From Dimorphilus gyrociliatus (Eukaryota > Animalia > Annelida): a stretch of DNA of 64,000 nucleotides. Positions within the stretch are counted from its first letter, which is position 1. Each line of letters opens with the position of its first letter. The stretch covers positions 62,001-126,000 of the forward strand of contig CAJFCJ010000010.1 of NCBI GenBank assembly GCA_904063045.1. Direction: 5' to 3'. Positions 1 to 12,564 of the stretch are shown in pieces. A model generated the notes under the pieces. The model worked only from the letters and a program-made list of their open reading frames with translations. It ran no database searches and had not been told where the DNA came from. Position numbers and translations under genes: made by a program.

Positions 1-3000
1 GCCATCGCTACTAAAGTAGACATTAACATCTCGACCAGAAGTATGGTCCATGTACTTTCCTAAAGTACCAGTTGCCATAACATACCCAGGTGCAGATGCT
101 TTAGAGAGAATAGGAACACTCCTAGATTTGGGATGTAAACTGTGGTAGTTTTGAGACAGATGCAGATAACACTTCCAGGACTAATTTGGAGTATAACAAT
201 ATTTAATATTTTCATATTATGTTTTTTTCAAGACTTACGTAGTAGCAACTAGACCTACTTCCATTTCTTCGAATTCTTGGGGCATATATATAATACCAGT
301 TTCCTCCTTTATTCATAGTTATATATGATTGTTGATTAGTTGCAGTGATGTTTGTCATATTAACTACGGAGGCTATAAAATATCCTCTAAGACCTTCTAC
401 TTTATGCACGTCTGCGAAAGGTCTGGTCACATATTCCCTATGGAAAATAATAAATAGGTTTAAATATGGAGCCAACAAAAAAATATTAGCTAACCTCAGC
501 CAACTTGAAACATTAGATTTTGGATTGAAATAGACAACATTTCTTAAAGATAAAGAATATATAAGTCCAGTTCCATCGCTTGTATATAGGTTATTCTCTA
601 ATTGTCCATCACTCCTTTTATGAGAACCAACAATCATAACCATACCTTCACTTGCATCAATAACGTAGAATTCCTACAAATGCGTTTTTAAAATAGACGG
701 TATTATTTGCACTAACTAGTTTTTTTATCGTGAATAAGAAACACTTACAACAATAGGTTCAATGTTATTTGCTTCACTGGGATCGTTATTCTGTCAGAAG
801 TAATATTTAATAAATATAGATAAGTTAAAATTTATATTTTACCGATGGTTGAGTTAATGCTGGAAATGTTGTTTTTTGGAACTTTTCATGAATTTTCGCA
901 ACCCATAATTCAAGTCCAGTTTTCTTCTGTATTTATAGAAAATATGTTAGAATGATTATACTAATATATTTCCATATATTCTATTAATTGAAATATTTAC
1001 TGCTCGTTTAGTTGCAAACATATACTCGTCCTTTACTTGAAAATCTACTACTCCACTAAGAACTTTATCGAACCTAATATAATTATTATTTTTATAAACG
1101 TTAATATTTGTGTCAACGAATCCAGTCCTTTGAACGTAGAGAGTGTTTTCAGTCCTATTTTTGTAAAATTCATAAATTAAAGAGAGTGTAAACGAATATA
1201 ATTGAAAAAAATTTAACACTAACAAAAAAAACTCTTTTACGCCATAGGAAACAATTTTCCATTTGTATCCATAATCTTCAGATACCCATAAACGAGTTAA
1301 AAAATTCTCATCATCAAAACCAAATATCGTATGAACTTTATTCGGATGAAAGCTTATTTTTCTTGGGACAAATTTAAGTTTGTGCTTGGTTGTACGTTTT
1401 AAGTAGGTTTCGCTCGTCCATATGTATTTGTTTTTTATGTCCGTAACAATAAACTAAATATAGATTAATTTTATTGTATAGCACAACGTTTCTCAATAGA
1501 ATATATATGTGAAGGAGTGGGTTTACAGTACTTACGTTGCTGCTCTTAAGAGGTGAATAATAAAATCTATCAATGTTGATAGTCTCGTTGCCCTAAAATA
1601 AGAAAGTATATATGGATTGTAAATCAGTGTATGATAATAGTTGAAATTGCTTACTAGCTTTTGTTTTTCAAACGTTTTTCCGTAATTTCTGTGTATAATA
1701 AACAATAGATAATTACACATGTCATCTTATTAATTATCGGTAATGTCAGAGGCATACTAACCGAGACACATATAAAATACTTTTAAATTTTTTTCCTTGA
1801 GATTCAAGTGGTTTTGTTAATGCGATAACAACATCGCTGTTCTCACCAGCCCAATGTACAAACATTTGAGAATTATGGTCATTGAAATCAAACTATTGAG
1901 GAAAAACAGAATAATTGTGCAATGAAAGTAATTATTTAATGAAATTATTTACGCATAATCCATAAGTAGCTGAATATACAGTATATATATACAGCATACT
2001 CCGCCTACATTTCATACTTGCGCCTATCATAGTTAAGACAAAATGGTTACGTTTAATTCAACTATTACAATTGAGATTACTACGTTTGTGGCAGTTGTCT
2101 ATCATATTGTTTTAATGTCAATTTTAATTGTCAACTCGATGAGTATATTTGTTATTTATTCTAGTCAGAAACTACATACAATATCTGGAGCTCTGATGAC
2201 TCATTTATCAGTTGTCGATATACTTTTTGGTTCAACTTTAATAATCGGTTCGGATATAATGCTATTGAATAACGAAATAAATCATATACAATGCCTTATA
2301 GCTTCATTTTTAACTCAACTATTTGGAGCTCTTTCACTTTGGACAATTTTATTAATAAATACAGATAGGTATTTAGCAATTATATTCCCATTAAAGTATG
2401 ATACTCTTGTAACGAAAAGAAAATTAACACCAATTCTACTAGTTTGTTGGTTTATTATAATTTCTATTAATCTGGCAGCAATATTCTCTGATCCTAAAAT
2501 TTTTTTTCACGAACTAACATATATTTGTAATATTGGTGTAAAATCTAGTCAGATATTATGGTTGTTTGTTATTATCATAACTTATGGCTTTGCCTCATCT
2601 GCTCTCTTAATTATATATATACATCTAGGTTATATAAGCCGTAAAAAGTGTATCTCTAGTAACAATAGGAAGTATATAAAGACAGCTTTTCTACTTGTTG
2701 CTTCCTTTTATATTTCATGGACACCGATGGCAGCAAGACTTTTGGTTATATCAGCTGGGGGTCCAAGTCCTAATTTACAAGTTGTCGAAGTTGCAATACT
2801 ATTATTAATGTATCTCAATTGTTGCTGGAACAGTATTATATACGCCGTCACAAACAAGAATTTTAAAGAAAGTCTAATTAAAATTGTATGCTGTAAAAAT
2901 AGAATATCAAGTGGAAATTCCATCACCTTCTAAATATCTGTAATGGCCAATTATTGTTTCCTTATCTTACATATACAGCATATTGCCTAAAAACTATATG

Positions 3001-4432
3001 AACTTTACAAGACGTCAGTTTTATAAAGTAAATAATGTCAACGTCTAACAAATATGTCTTGTAACAAGTTTGAATCCAAATTACTCTTAAAATTCCCAGA
3101 ATTAATCTATATAAATGTGTGTAAGTTAATTAACATTACATACTTGCTTACAATAGAACGATTGTTGTTCCATCATTAATGAAATTCATCAAGATTTTCA
3201 CCTTTAGTAAACTTAGGGCGTATAACGCATGTATCAACTCTTCTTATAATAATTATATTGTTTGTATATATTTTACAACAAAGGCATGTAATAATATTCA
3301 TAGACGAATGGTTGAATAATCCACTATATTTCCCATTAGTCTATTCGATACAATGATAAAAAGAAAATTGATGACTTTCTATTGCAAAAAACGAAGATTA
3401 TTCGAGAAATACAATATATACAAATGTAATTTGCTTTAATAATCTTAATATCTAATTTTTTAATAAAATATAGTTCACATTGTCAATTACATCTGCTGTT
3501 ATCTAATGTTCACATATTGCCTATATTTGAAACAGGTTTTCTGTAAGAGAATCTTCCTCCCAAATTGTGTTTATAGATTAGATTTAATAGTTTAGAAGGT
3601 CATTTTGAGCAAAAATACAATTTGACATACTTTGCAAGAAGAGATAGGGAAAAAATGTTTAATTTCTATTTGTCTTTTCTATTTTCAATGTAATAAATTG
3701 AAATGTAACAAAATATCATCTTTTTTTAGGATCATTAAAAGATACTAAATTTAATAAAAAAAAGAATTGCTTGTTCAGTAGCTAAATGATAAAAAAGGTG
3801 AAAGTAGTAATAAATAATTTATCTATTCTTTTTATTATATCTGTCTCTAGAGAGTTTATGTGTTTATCTTTTTCCTCATATCCTTTTCAGAGACGAATAA
3901 TTTTGTGATCATATAAAACCATAATTTTTTTAACCTCAATGCAGCCAAAAAGACTAACAATCTTATTTTATTGATTGTCATAATATATATTTAATGTTTC
4001 ACCTTATTTGAAACATTATTCGCAGTGTAATTTCATATGATTTCTAATTAGTGAATAGAGTAATACGAACCCTTTTCAAAAAAAATGTATGCAATTCGGT
4101 TAAATAATGTGAATGATGTATATTACTACATAATATAGAAAGCTTATGTTGTTCCGAATGCAGTATATGTCTTGAAAATAATGACTTACCCAATGAGTTA
4201 GCTTAGATTTTGATTTTTTATCCGTCGCCGACCTCTTAAATCTTGAATGCAGATTATTAACCTCTAAATTCGGAGGTCTTTCAATTTTTTTAACCTTTTG
4301 TCCCCACCATTCCTCAAAAGAAGGGTCTGATGTATGCAGGGTTTCTGATAAAGATCCATATCTTATGGCGACTACACTAAAATTTGCTAAAATAAAAAAT
4401 CCACTTAATAGTTTTGCAATCTTCGCCGCCAT
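1..4432 (-). CDS. SORL1: VPS10-domain receptor SorLA/sortilin-related receptor, 5' part (multi-exon, continues beyond the left edge)
   Basis: Exon 1 (4432-4190) has a signal peptide and furin site RFKR|S. Exon 2 starts at 1892 (FDFNDHNSQMFVHWAGENSDVVIAL). Later exons read VDFQVKDEYMFATK, NLYTSDGTGLIYSLSL, PFADVHKVEGLRGYFIA, ITMNKGGNW and PILSKASAPGYVMATG, all collinear with the SORL1 VPS10 domain as recalled. Confidence 0.9.
2043..2933 (+). CDS. Intronless rhodopsin-family (class A) GPCR, orphan/chemoreceptor-like, nested in SORL1 intron 1
   Basis: 296-aa ORF with 7 hydrophobic segments, TM2 LSVVD, DRY (NTDRYLAI), TM3/ECL2 cysteines, TM6 SWTP and TM7 NSIIY. Confidence 0.9.
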   Translation: MVTFNSTITIEITTFVAVVYHIVLMSILIVNSMSIFVIYSSQKLHTISGALMTHLSVVDILFGSTLIIGSDIMLLNNEINHIQCLIASFLTQLFGALSLWTILLINTDRYLAIIFPLKYDTLVTKRKLTPILLVCWFIIISINLAAIFSDPKIFFHELTYICNIGVKSSQILWLFVIIITYGFASSALLIIYIHLGYISRKKCISSNNRKYIKTAFLLVASFYISWTPMAARLLVISAGGPSPNLQVVEVAILLLMYLNCCWNSIIYAVTNKNFKESLIKIVCCKNRISSGNSITF

Positions 4433-4846
4433 ATTTAAATGACTGTCGGATATTGCTGCGCACCCAAAACAAGCTAGTTCTTATTAGGGTTGCACGACTA
4501 CAATAATAAGACTTTAATTAATTGTAGATGAATGGATTCGAAAAAAGATTAATATATAATAGAATTTAACAGTTTTATAAATGTCGTATATACAATGAAA
4601 TGTAGCAAACAAACACAAAAAGTGTTATATCAATAAGGTTCTTGTATTACTGCGCGAATTTAAAGACCTCGATGGATTACTCACAGTCAGTCACTCTTTT
4701 CAAGAATCAGTTTATTGATTAAAAATATGGAATAGATGACATAAAATATTTAAACCTTCACATTGCATAGAATATAGCCATATAGATACTATAATAATAT
4801 AGAATATATATACAATATATATAAATCACTTTTAAAAAATTGGGTA

Positions 4847-6844
4847 CTATTCGATTTCGCAATAATAGATTTCACTTTTTTCAACAGTTTCTAGTACGGT
4901 CAGATGAAAAGCATTCTTTTGATAGAAAACCAAATATTACCGGCATGAGATAAATCAAATATAAATCTTCTTACGGAAAGAGTAATTTCAGGGTTACCAT
5001 TATTAATCATTGTAATAAGATGTTTTATTAACAGAATATAATCTCGAAGTCCATTAGAATTTTCCCTGTTAGTTTTTTTACATTATTAATAATAAAAGAA
5101 AATTGCACAGTAGAAATCTATAAATCTTTTATTCATATTCTACCAAAAATGTTTTACCACGATTCTCTGAATTCTCATTCAGAGCCAAACCTAAAAATAG
5201 CTTACCATATATGCTTTTCAGGATTGAATATAAAAGAATGACTTATTTTTTCCAGTATGTAAAAAAATCTATTTGCAAAGGTTTCGCTTGATGAAATTAA
5301 TTTGATTGCTATTGCAGGCCTTATTTGAAAGAGATTATGTCTGCAAATATAAATATATGTAAATATACTAATGTATTTTTGTAATTAATTGTTTAAAAAA
5401 ACGAATAACAAACTTTTTCTGTTTAATTAACCATCTCACAATCTTTATATTTGTCGAATCCTGCTCATCAGCACTTAATTTATCTGTTACTATCAATGTA
5501 CTCGCCAAAATAACTTCCTATTTCGAGAAAATATTAGATTTTGTACAATTGTTTTTATCAAAATACGCTTGAGCTTTGCATATTACGTTAGAAATACAAT
5601 TTAAATCAAGACATGTAACAACCGCCTGTCGTGTGTGAATTATTTCCCATCAAAATTGAACATTGGCCTTTCAGACTCTGTACATTCTGTTGCTGAAGAA
5701 AAACATCTACCAGACTCTTCAACAACTTCAAAGTGATAATTGGAAATAGGTAATTGGCCAAAGAGTATTTAACTAAACAAGTTTATCCAGAATAATCAGA
5801 GATTGCTCAGGAACAAAACGACCTCTCAAGCTACCCACTTAACCTAGAGAACTTTTTCTTTTCCTCATTGGCTGTTACTTTGTCAATTAGCAACCAGTGC
5901 TGTTACAAACTATCTAATCCACTTCTCGAATATTCTGCTATCGAACTTGTAACATACTTTCTAATAAACTACAATTTAATTTAAGCATGTTGTGTAAAGG
6001 TTCGAGTAGGAGCGGTAGTGTTAAAGTTCTTAAGTGTATAGCAAAGCTGACACTCAGCAGCACAACATAAATATTAATATATTAGTATATAGAAAAAAAG
6101 GTTATTTACCAAATTTGAACATTCTTGAAAAAATTCATGCAGACATTCTTCAAATTCATTTTTTCTGTATTGGATTTATAAATATTTAAACTTTTCTTGC
6201 TTTTAACATTCAACAAATTTCAGAATAAAATACCTTTGATTTAGGGTATATAATAAAATTTCAGCTATTCTATACAGTGTTCCAATATCATCAATGTCAA
6301 CATTTCCGCATTTTATTAATACTCTTTGATATACTCGATTCTCAATTAGTTCTACAAACTTTCTACAGATCTACGTAAATAGAACAACTTTTATAAATAT
6401 TAGCTGCTATTTTTTAAGGTTTAAAATGCAAAATATATTTTACTTCAGTATCCTTTGTGAGGCTTGTTAATACATCTAATGATGTCCATGGATTTATAAT
6501 CATCATCTGTATATTGTAAAGTCATTATAGACTGAATTTATTAGCTTCATCTTAATGATTGTTACCTGTATTACAAAGTCTGATAAGCATTTCGGTGATA
6601 AAGTCTTCATTTCAGGAAAGTTTGATTGAAGCCAAATATCATAGAAATTATTATTAAGCTATATTAAAATACGTTTAACACTATAAGGCGAGTTTCTATC
6701 ATATTGATACGACTGTTGTTTTACCTCCACCTTGGATATACTTTTACATGATTTCTCATCCACATTATACATACGATGAGAACAGCTGCAAAGAAGTTTA
6801 TATTCCAGCTGATTTAGTTTCGCTCCATTATCGCTCATATCCAT
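4847..6844 (-). CDS. Uncharacterised multi-exon alpha-helical protein of about 380 aa; tentative divergent FANCF-like
   Basis: ATG at 6844. A chain of short GT-AG introns joins open exons (MDMSDNGAKLNQLEYKLL..., LNNNFYDIWLQSNF..., IRPAIAIKLISSSETFANRFFYILEKISHSFIFNPEKHIWENSNG...) to TAG at 4849-4847. Some middle junctions are ambiguous. Confidence 0.55.
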
Positions 6845-6990
6845 TTCTACTCACTTAAATGCTTGAAAAGATATACCCTATTTAATCATGAAATTCTCAT
6901 CTACTCTAAGAATCAACTAAAATTGGTTGAATATTTAAAGGAAAAACAATCCCAACAAAAACTAGCCAACTTAAGGTACAACAGCAATCA

Positions 6991-7016
6991 TCCCGCCAAA
7001 AATAAAAGTCACGTGA
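6991..7016. promoter_or_regulatory. E2F-like site (TCCCGCCAAA) plus E-box TCACGTGA upstream of the 4847-6844 gene
   Basis: TCCCGCCAAA at 6991-7000 and TCACGTGA at 7009-7016, about 150 bp upstream of the ATG at 6844. Confidence 0.45.
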
Positions 7017-7219
7017 TTTCGTCATTCTTAAGAAAATAATTGAAGAAGGTAATGACACTTCTTTCTTAAAATTGTAAATTAGCCAGCTTTAAATTTCTTT
7101 TATTATCTTACGAACTTCTATTAACTATATGAAAATTTACTTGATGTAAACTTTTGACAAAAAAACAAGCCTGGGAACGTTAACTTAACAAAACAATTAT
7201 TATATACACCTATGGAGAT

Positions 7220-7951
7220 TTAGATATCAAATAGCTTATGAGCATTTTCATAGGTAACTTGCGAAAATCCTAAACCTTGGCCTTTAGTTCCCGATAATCT
7301 AAATGCCATAGCTTTATTGTATTGCTCCTCTAAGCCTTCATTTAAACTTTTTTCCTTTGAAGAATCCAAAGCTTTTATCGCACATTCCTTCTCATCTGAT
7401 TTTGCTTTGCTCTTCATACCTCCCATTAATCTAAAGAATTTCTTTTGCCGATCTCCATCTCCTGAGAAGTTAACTGTTGACCATTGGCCTGTTGTTTCCA
7501 ACTTACTATCGTCACTTTCCGAATTATTTTCTTCTTTCTTGACAGTTTCCTTTTCACCCTTCTTCGATTTCTTATGACCTTGTTTTTCAGTCACTTCCTG
7601 ACTTGTATTATCATCCTTTGATTTCTTTAACTTTGAATCGCGATCTCTGGTTTTCTTTTTCTTACGCTCCTTCTCCACTTCTTCATGATCGTCACTTTCA
7701 ATTTCTTCTTTCACCTTTTGTTTCTTCTTTTTTTTTTTCTTTTTCTTTTTCTCCTCTTCATCAGACTCCTCTACTCGCCTCTTTTTAACCTCAGGAGCCT
7801 CTTCAGCCTCTTCTGCTTTTTGTTTCTTTTTCTTCTTCTTCTTCTTCTCAACTATTTCTTCTTCGTGTTCCTCTTCAACTATCTTCTTCTTTTTAGCTTT
7901 CTTAAGCTTTTTACTCTTTTTTTCCTGAATAGTTTCATCTTCTGACGACAT
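7220..7951 (-). CDS. KNOP1: Lysine-rich nucleolar protein 1-like (SMAP domain)
   Basis: K/E-rich low-complexity N-terminus followed by GQWSTVNF...KKFFRLMGG...EEQYNKAM...GQGLGF, the SMAP/KNOP1 C-terminal signature. Confidence 0.8.
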   Translation of the reverse strand: MSSEDETIQEKKSKKLKKAKKKKIVEEEHEEEIVEKKKKKKKKQKAEEAEEAPEVKKRRVEESDEEEKKKKKKKKKKQKVKEEIESDDHEEVEKERKKKKTRDRDSKLKKSKDDNTSQEVTEKQGHKKSKKGEKETVKKEENNSESDDSKLETTGQWSTVNFSGDGDRQKKFFRLMGGMKSKAKSDEKECAIKALDSSKEKSLNEGLEEQYNKAMAFRLSGTKGQGLGFSQVTYENAHKLFDI

Positions 7952-8387
7952 TGCCTATCTGAAAAAAAAACGTGGGTAAGAGTGTGATTAACATAACATC
8001 GCTCATATTATCCTCTCTATAAGCAAAACAGGAAACAATATTAAACAAATCATTGATATATAAGAATATATTTTTGTATTTATTATAAACTGGAAAATAT
8101 ATCACCTATCAATGTAAATTCCAAAGTAAAATAATCTATTATTATTCAAGTTATCAATTCGCAAGAAAACCGAAAACTCTTCGTAAGTTAAAAACCTATT
8201 CCAACTTACGATGTCCATAAAAGAGCGGTTCTTATTAAAATAGCAAGAAACAAAAAATACTCTCTTGTCAAATGTATTGTTGACGAATGAAAGGTATAGA
8301 AAATATAAAAAGCATTTATTCGCTTACGAAGGTAAAAGCTTCTATCTAAAACTTGTGTAGACGGATAAAATCAATAAAAATATTGTC

Positions 8388-11300
8388 TTAGCCACTGCAC
8401 ATAACACAATTTTCCTTATTTTCCAATGAACACAAAATCGCTTGTTCTTCTCGATCGGCAGCAGTTTCCTCTTTTTTCTCCTTGCCTTCTTCAGATAAAG
8501 AAACAGACCTACGAATTTTACTTCTATCGACTGTCACTTGAACGGCACTTGCAGCTGGTCGAGATCTCAAATAATACATTCCAGTCTTCAATCCCAGTTC
8601 CCATCCTTTGAAGTGCATACTGGTCATCGTTGCGTAATTAGGAGCAGCAATATGAATATTTAATGATTGACTTTGATCGATAAATGCTCCTCTATCAGCT
8701 GCCATTCGTAGTATAACGCTTTGGGGTATTTCCCATACAGTTTTGTATATTTCCTTGAGCTCATCAGATATAGATGGTATGTTTTGAATTGAACCTCCAT
8801 TAGCAATCATTTGCTCTCGAACACTTGGATTCCATAAACCTAACTCAGTTAGATCCTTCAAAAGATGATGATTGACCACTTGAAATTCTCCAGATAAAAC
8901 ACGACGAGTGTAAATGTTGCTTGTATATGCTTCAAAGGATTCGTTATTTCCTAATATTTGACTGGTAGACGCTGTCGGCATTGGAGCAACTAATAGAGAG
9001 TTTCTTACGCCGTATCTAGTTAAAGTAAAAATAGGTTAGGCTTCCAACGTTCACATTTAACTTTTACGTACTTTTTGACATCATCTTTTAGAGCATTCCA
9101 GTCGTAACGATCAGATGGTTTAACGTTCCACATATCAAATTGAAATATCTATTTATACATATTTTATTCATTTCATTCTTATGCTTAGTTGTATATTAAT
9201 TAAGTAATACCAACCCCTTTACTCATTGGAGAACCTGCAAATGTTTCGTATGGCTCCTGTTCTTTAGCTAGTTTACAGCTAGTCTTAACAGCCGCATAAT
9301 AAATAGTCTCGAAGATCAATTTATTAACTTCTTGTGCTTCTTCACTGGCGTATGGAAGTCTCATCTTGATAAATGCATCTGCTAAACCTTGAACTCCAAT
9401 CCCAATTGGTCTATGGCGTTTATTAGATCTTTCAGCCTATATAAATATACAATATAAGTCTTTTTCATAGAAACTACCAAGAAATTTACCTCCGGCACAG
9501 GATAATAATTCACTTCTATAATCTTATTAAGATTTCTGACAACAACTTCCGTGACATAGATTAACTTGTCATAATCAAAAGTTTTATCTTCCTTAACGTA
9601 CATTGGTAATGCTAAAGATGCTAAATTACAAACAGCTGTCTCATTAGCATCACTATATTCAATGATCTCAGTGCACAAGTTACTACATTTTATGGTACCC
9701 AAATTTTGTTGATTCGACTTTCCATTGCATGCATCCTTGTAGAGCATGTAAGGTGTGCCAGTCTCAATTTGAGAGGTGATAATGGCTTGCCAAACTTTGC
9801 GTGCTGGTAAAGATTTTCTTCCTCGTCCTTCGCTTTCATAATACTCGTACAGCTTTTCAAATTCCTCTCCCCAAACATCTTCCAGTCCTGGGCACTCGTT
9901 TGGGCACATTAAAGTCCAATCGCCATTAGCCTTTATTCTTTTCATGAAAAGATCAGGAATCCAAAGAGCATAGAAAAGATCTCTAGCCCTTTCTTGCTCA
10001 ATTCCTCTATTTTTTTTCAAATCCAAAAAGCTAAAAATATCAGCATGCCACGGTTCAACATAGATTGCGAAAGCTCCAGGACGTTTATTTCCGCCTTGAT
10101 CAACATAGGCTGCTGTTTCATTATAAACTCTCAACATTCTTACTAGACCATTCGAAATTCCATTTGTCTGTATAAGTAAATAAAGATAGTGTAAATATCA
10201 TTTAGTAATTATGAAATGAATTCATAATTCACCCCAGCAATTCTACTTCCAGTTGCACGTATGCAATGAACGTTTAACCCGATTCCACCAGCCGATTGTG
10301 AAATAAGGGCACATTGGTGAAGTGTTTTATAAATTCCATCGATACTATCACTATATAAAAAAGCAAAATAAATCAGATAAATTGAATATTTGAATAAATT
10401 TATCAGTTTGACTTGTCTACCTGTGCATAGTTAACAGGAAACAACTTGATAGCTGAGGTCGATTCGTTGCAGCATTGAATAGAGTAGGAGTGGCATGAGT
10501 GAACCATTTTTCGGACAGAAGGTTATAAGTTTCGATTATGGACTTGACATCATTTTTGTGTATTCCAACTGCAACTCTCATCAAAAGATGTTGAGGTCTT
10601 TCGGCTACTTTTCCATTAATTCTTAACAAATAGGAACGTTCTAGAGTCTATTGAATGAAATGAGTAATTAGAAATAGGTTTACTAGCCCAAAAATTTCAC
10701 CTTGAATCCAAAATATGTATATTGATAGTCCCGATCGTATATAATTGCCGAATTCAAAGTGTCTGCATTCTCCTTTATAATTTCATAGCATTCTTTTGAA
10801 ATCATAGGACACCAAGTCTTATTTTTCGGATGAACATACTTGTATAAATCCGTCATAACCTCTGATAAATTAAAATGAAAAATTGTCATTAAATAACAAT
10901 AATGATTTAAATTTTAAATTTACCGCTAAAAACCTTCTTGGTCTCCTTATGTAAGTTTGAAATTGCTATTCTTGCAGCAAGTATTGCATAATCTGGATGA
11001 TTTACAGCCATTTGAGCGGCGGTTTCAGCTGCGTGATCATCTAACTCAACAGTTGTCATTTTATCTTTCATACTCTCAATAACTTTTCTCGTAATTACAA
11101 TCTATACAAGAAAAATACTTGATAGACAGAGCGATAAAAAGCATATTTAACTTACCGGATGGACAAAATTACGATTAAGTCCATACGATAACTTAACTAT
11201 TCTTGAAGTAATTTTGTCAAACATAACATCTTCCATCCTTCCATCTATGGGAAATAAAGCAATTTTACATTAAAAAAAAATGGCTAACAATAATACGTTG

Positions 11301-11413
11301 TCCCATTCCCGCCAAATTACATTAACACGGTATGCTTTTTTTGGCCCTATGAAGGTTACAAATAATTATTTACCTCTTTTAATAACGAATTTTGGTGGTT
11401 CAGTTGCGTCCAT
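8388..11413 (-). CDS. RRM1: Ribonucleoside-diphosphate reductase large subunit (class Ia)
   Basis: ATP cone (FVIKRDGR...FDKITSRI), SSCFLL, loop 2 [38 protein letters not shown] and C-terminal CVMCSG; many short introns; ATG at 11413. Confidence 0.97.
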
Positions 11414-11538
11414 ATTTTGAAGTTTATTAAAATCAGTCTTGTAAAAACGTTGGTAGCACGAGGTATCTCACCCAAATGAGCCGCTACGACAGTTACCTTT
11501 TGCGCCAAAATAGCTCATTGGCTACTAAGGTCACGTGA
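11306..11538. promoter_or_regulatory. RRM1 S-phase-type regulatory region: E2F sites, CCAAT box, E-box
   Basis: TTCCCGCCAAA at 11306-11316 (intron 1), GCGCCAAAA at 11502-11510, reverse CCAAT near 11517-11522, TCACGTGA at 11531-11538. Confidence 0.55.
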
Positions 11539-12274
11539 AAGAAGGGTTTAGTCTATGAACGCACTAAAAGTCTTTAATTGATTTTTTTATAAATACAATT
11601 TTTAAATGAAATTTTCATTAAAAAATAAGTATAATTTACGAAAACATCAAACACTTTGGAAGAGAACCCGATTCTTAAGAAAAATATTGTAAATGAGTGT
11701 TGAAGAAGATTTTTTACACAAACTATCAAAATATGAAATTTACCATTGCATAATACAACTAAAAACGGGAAAATTTCAAATTTTATCAAGGAAATTGTGT
11801 ATTTTATTAGTATGTTTAGGGGAAAAAACGACTTGTTTACACGAATTTAACATTGTTTTCCTAAGGATAAAAAGTTACAAAGGGCAAAGATTGCATCTCG
11901 TATAACATGTATAAGTTTACTGGTGCAAAATTATGATAAAAAATTAACGTAAATTTCTGAGCTCATTTATAGAAAAACGGATTATCTGCTGTTAGGCCAA
12001 CTAATTAATCCAATGTTTCACACACGTTTTGATATCTATCAAAATCTTCAGATAAGGCTCACACATCCGACGATTTATATTTCTGAGCTAACGAATGCGG
12101 AATACGTAACCCGGAAGCAGTACAGTATCATGTAAATAGGAGTATGATGACCATGTAAGAAAAGCTATCGAATGGCTATTACTCAAGGAAAATCTTCAAA
12201 TTAATACTTGAGACTGTTAATAGCATTTAAAATTACATTTTGTGTAAATATTTTAAATTAATATCAACAGTATT

Positions 12275-12524
12275 ATGGAAAAGATGGACATAATTCAACA
12301 TATAAACTGCCTACTTCTGCTCTTATCGCTATCTTCGTCGGACCTAGTTGTTAATGTTAAAAATAGTGGAGACGAAATAATGCAACAGAGGATAAGATCC
12401 AATTCTACTGAAGATGTTGTGACAACCTCTTACGAAAGAACGGATGGAGCATTAATTGATCACATCATCGATTTCAAAAATGTAAGTGTACCTATATCAC
12501 CCGTCTTTAAGAGTGCTAGAACTC

Positions 12525-12564
<40 letters not shown>

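Noticed and set aside
438-494. Apparent 19-aa insertion in SORL1 in ORF 212..643
   Set aside because: It is a 57-nt stop-free GT-AG intron; removing it restores the alignment. There is no evidence of retention.
2043-2933. Possible opsin
   Set aside because: No retinal-binding Lys in TM7.
5999-6010. tRNA B-box-like GGTTCGAGT
   Set aside because: No following CC, no A-box or cloverleaf, and it lies antisense to a coding exon.
6271-6282. TA-CAGTGTTCC resembling a Tc1 terminus
   Set aside because: It falls within a probable exon and I found no matching inverted terminus.
7317-7945. Plus-strand F/L/S-rich ORFs
   Set aside because: Antisense shadows of the K/E-rich KNOP1 low-complexity sequence.
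11574-11905. Overlapping 70-aa ORFs in the RRM1-oaf intergenic region
   Set aside because: Short, AT-rich, no motifs, and start at non-ATG codons; expected by chance.
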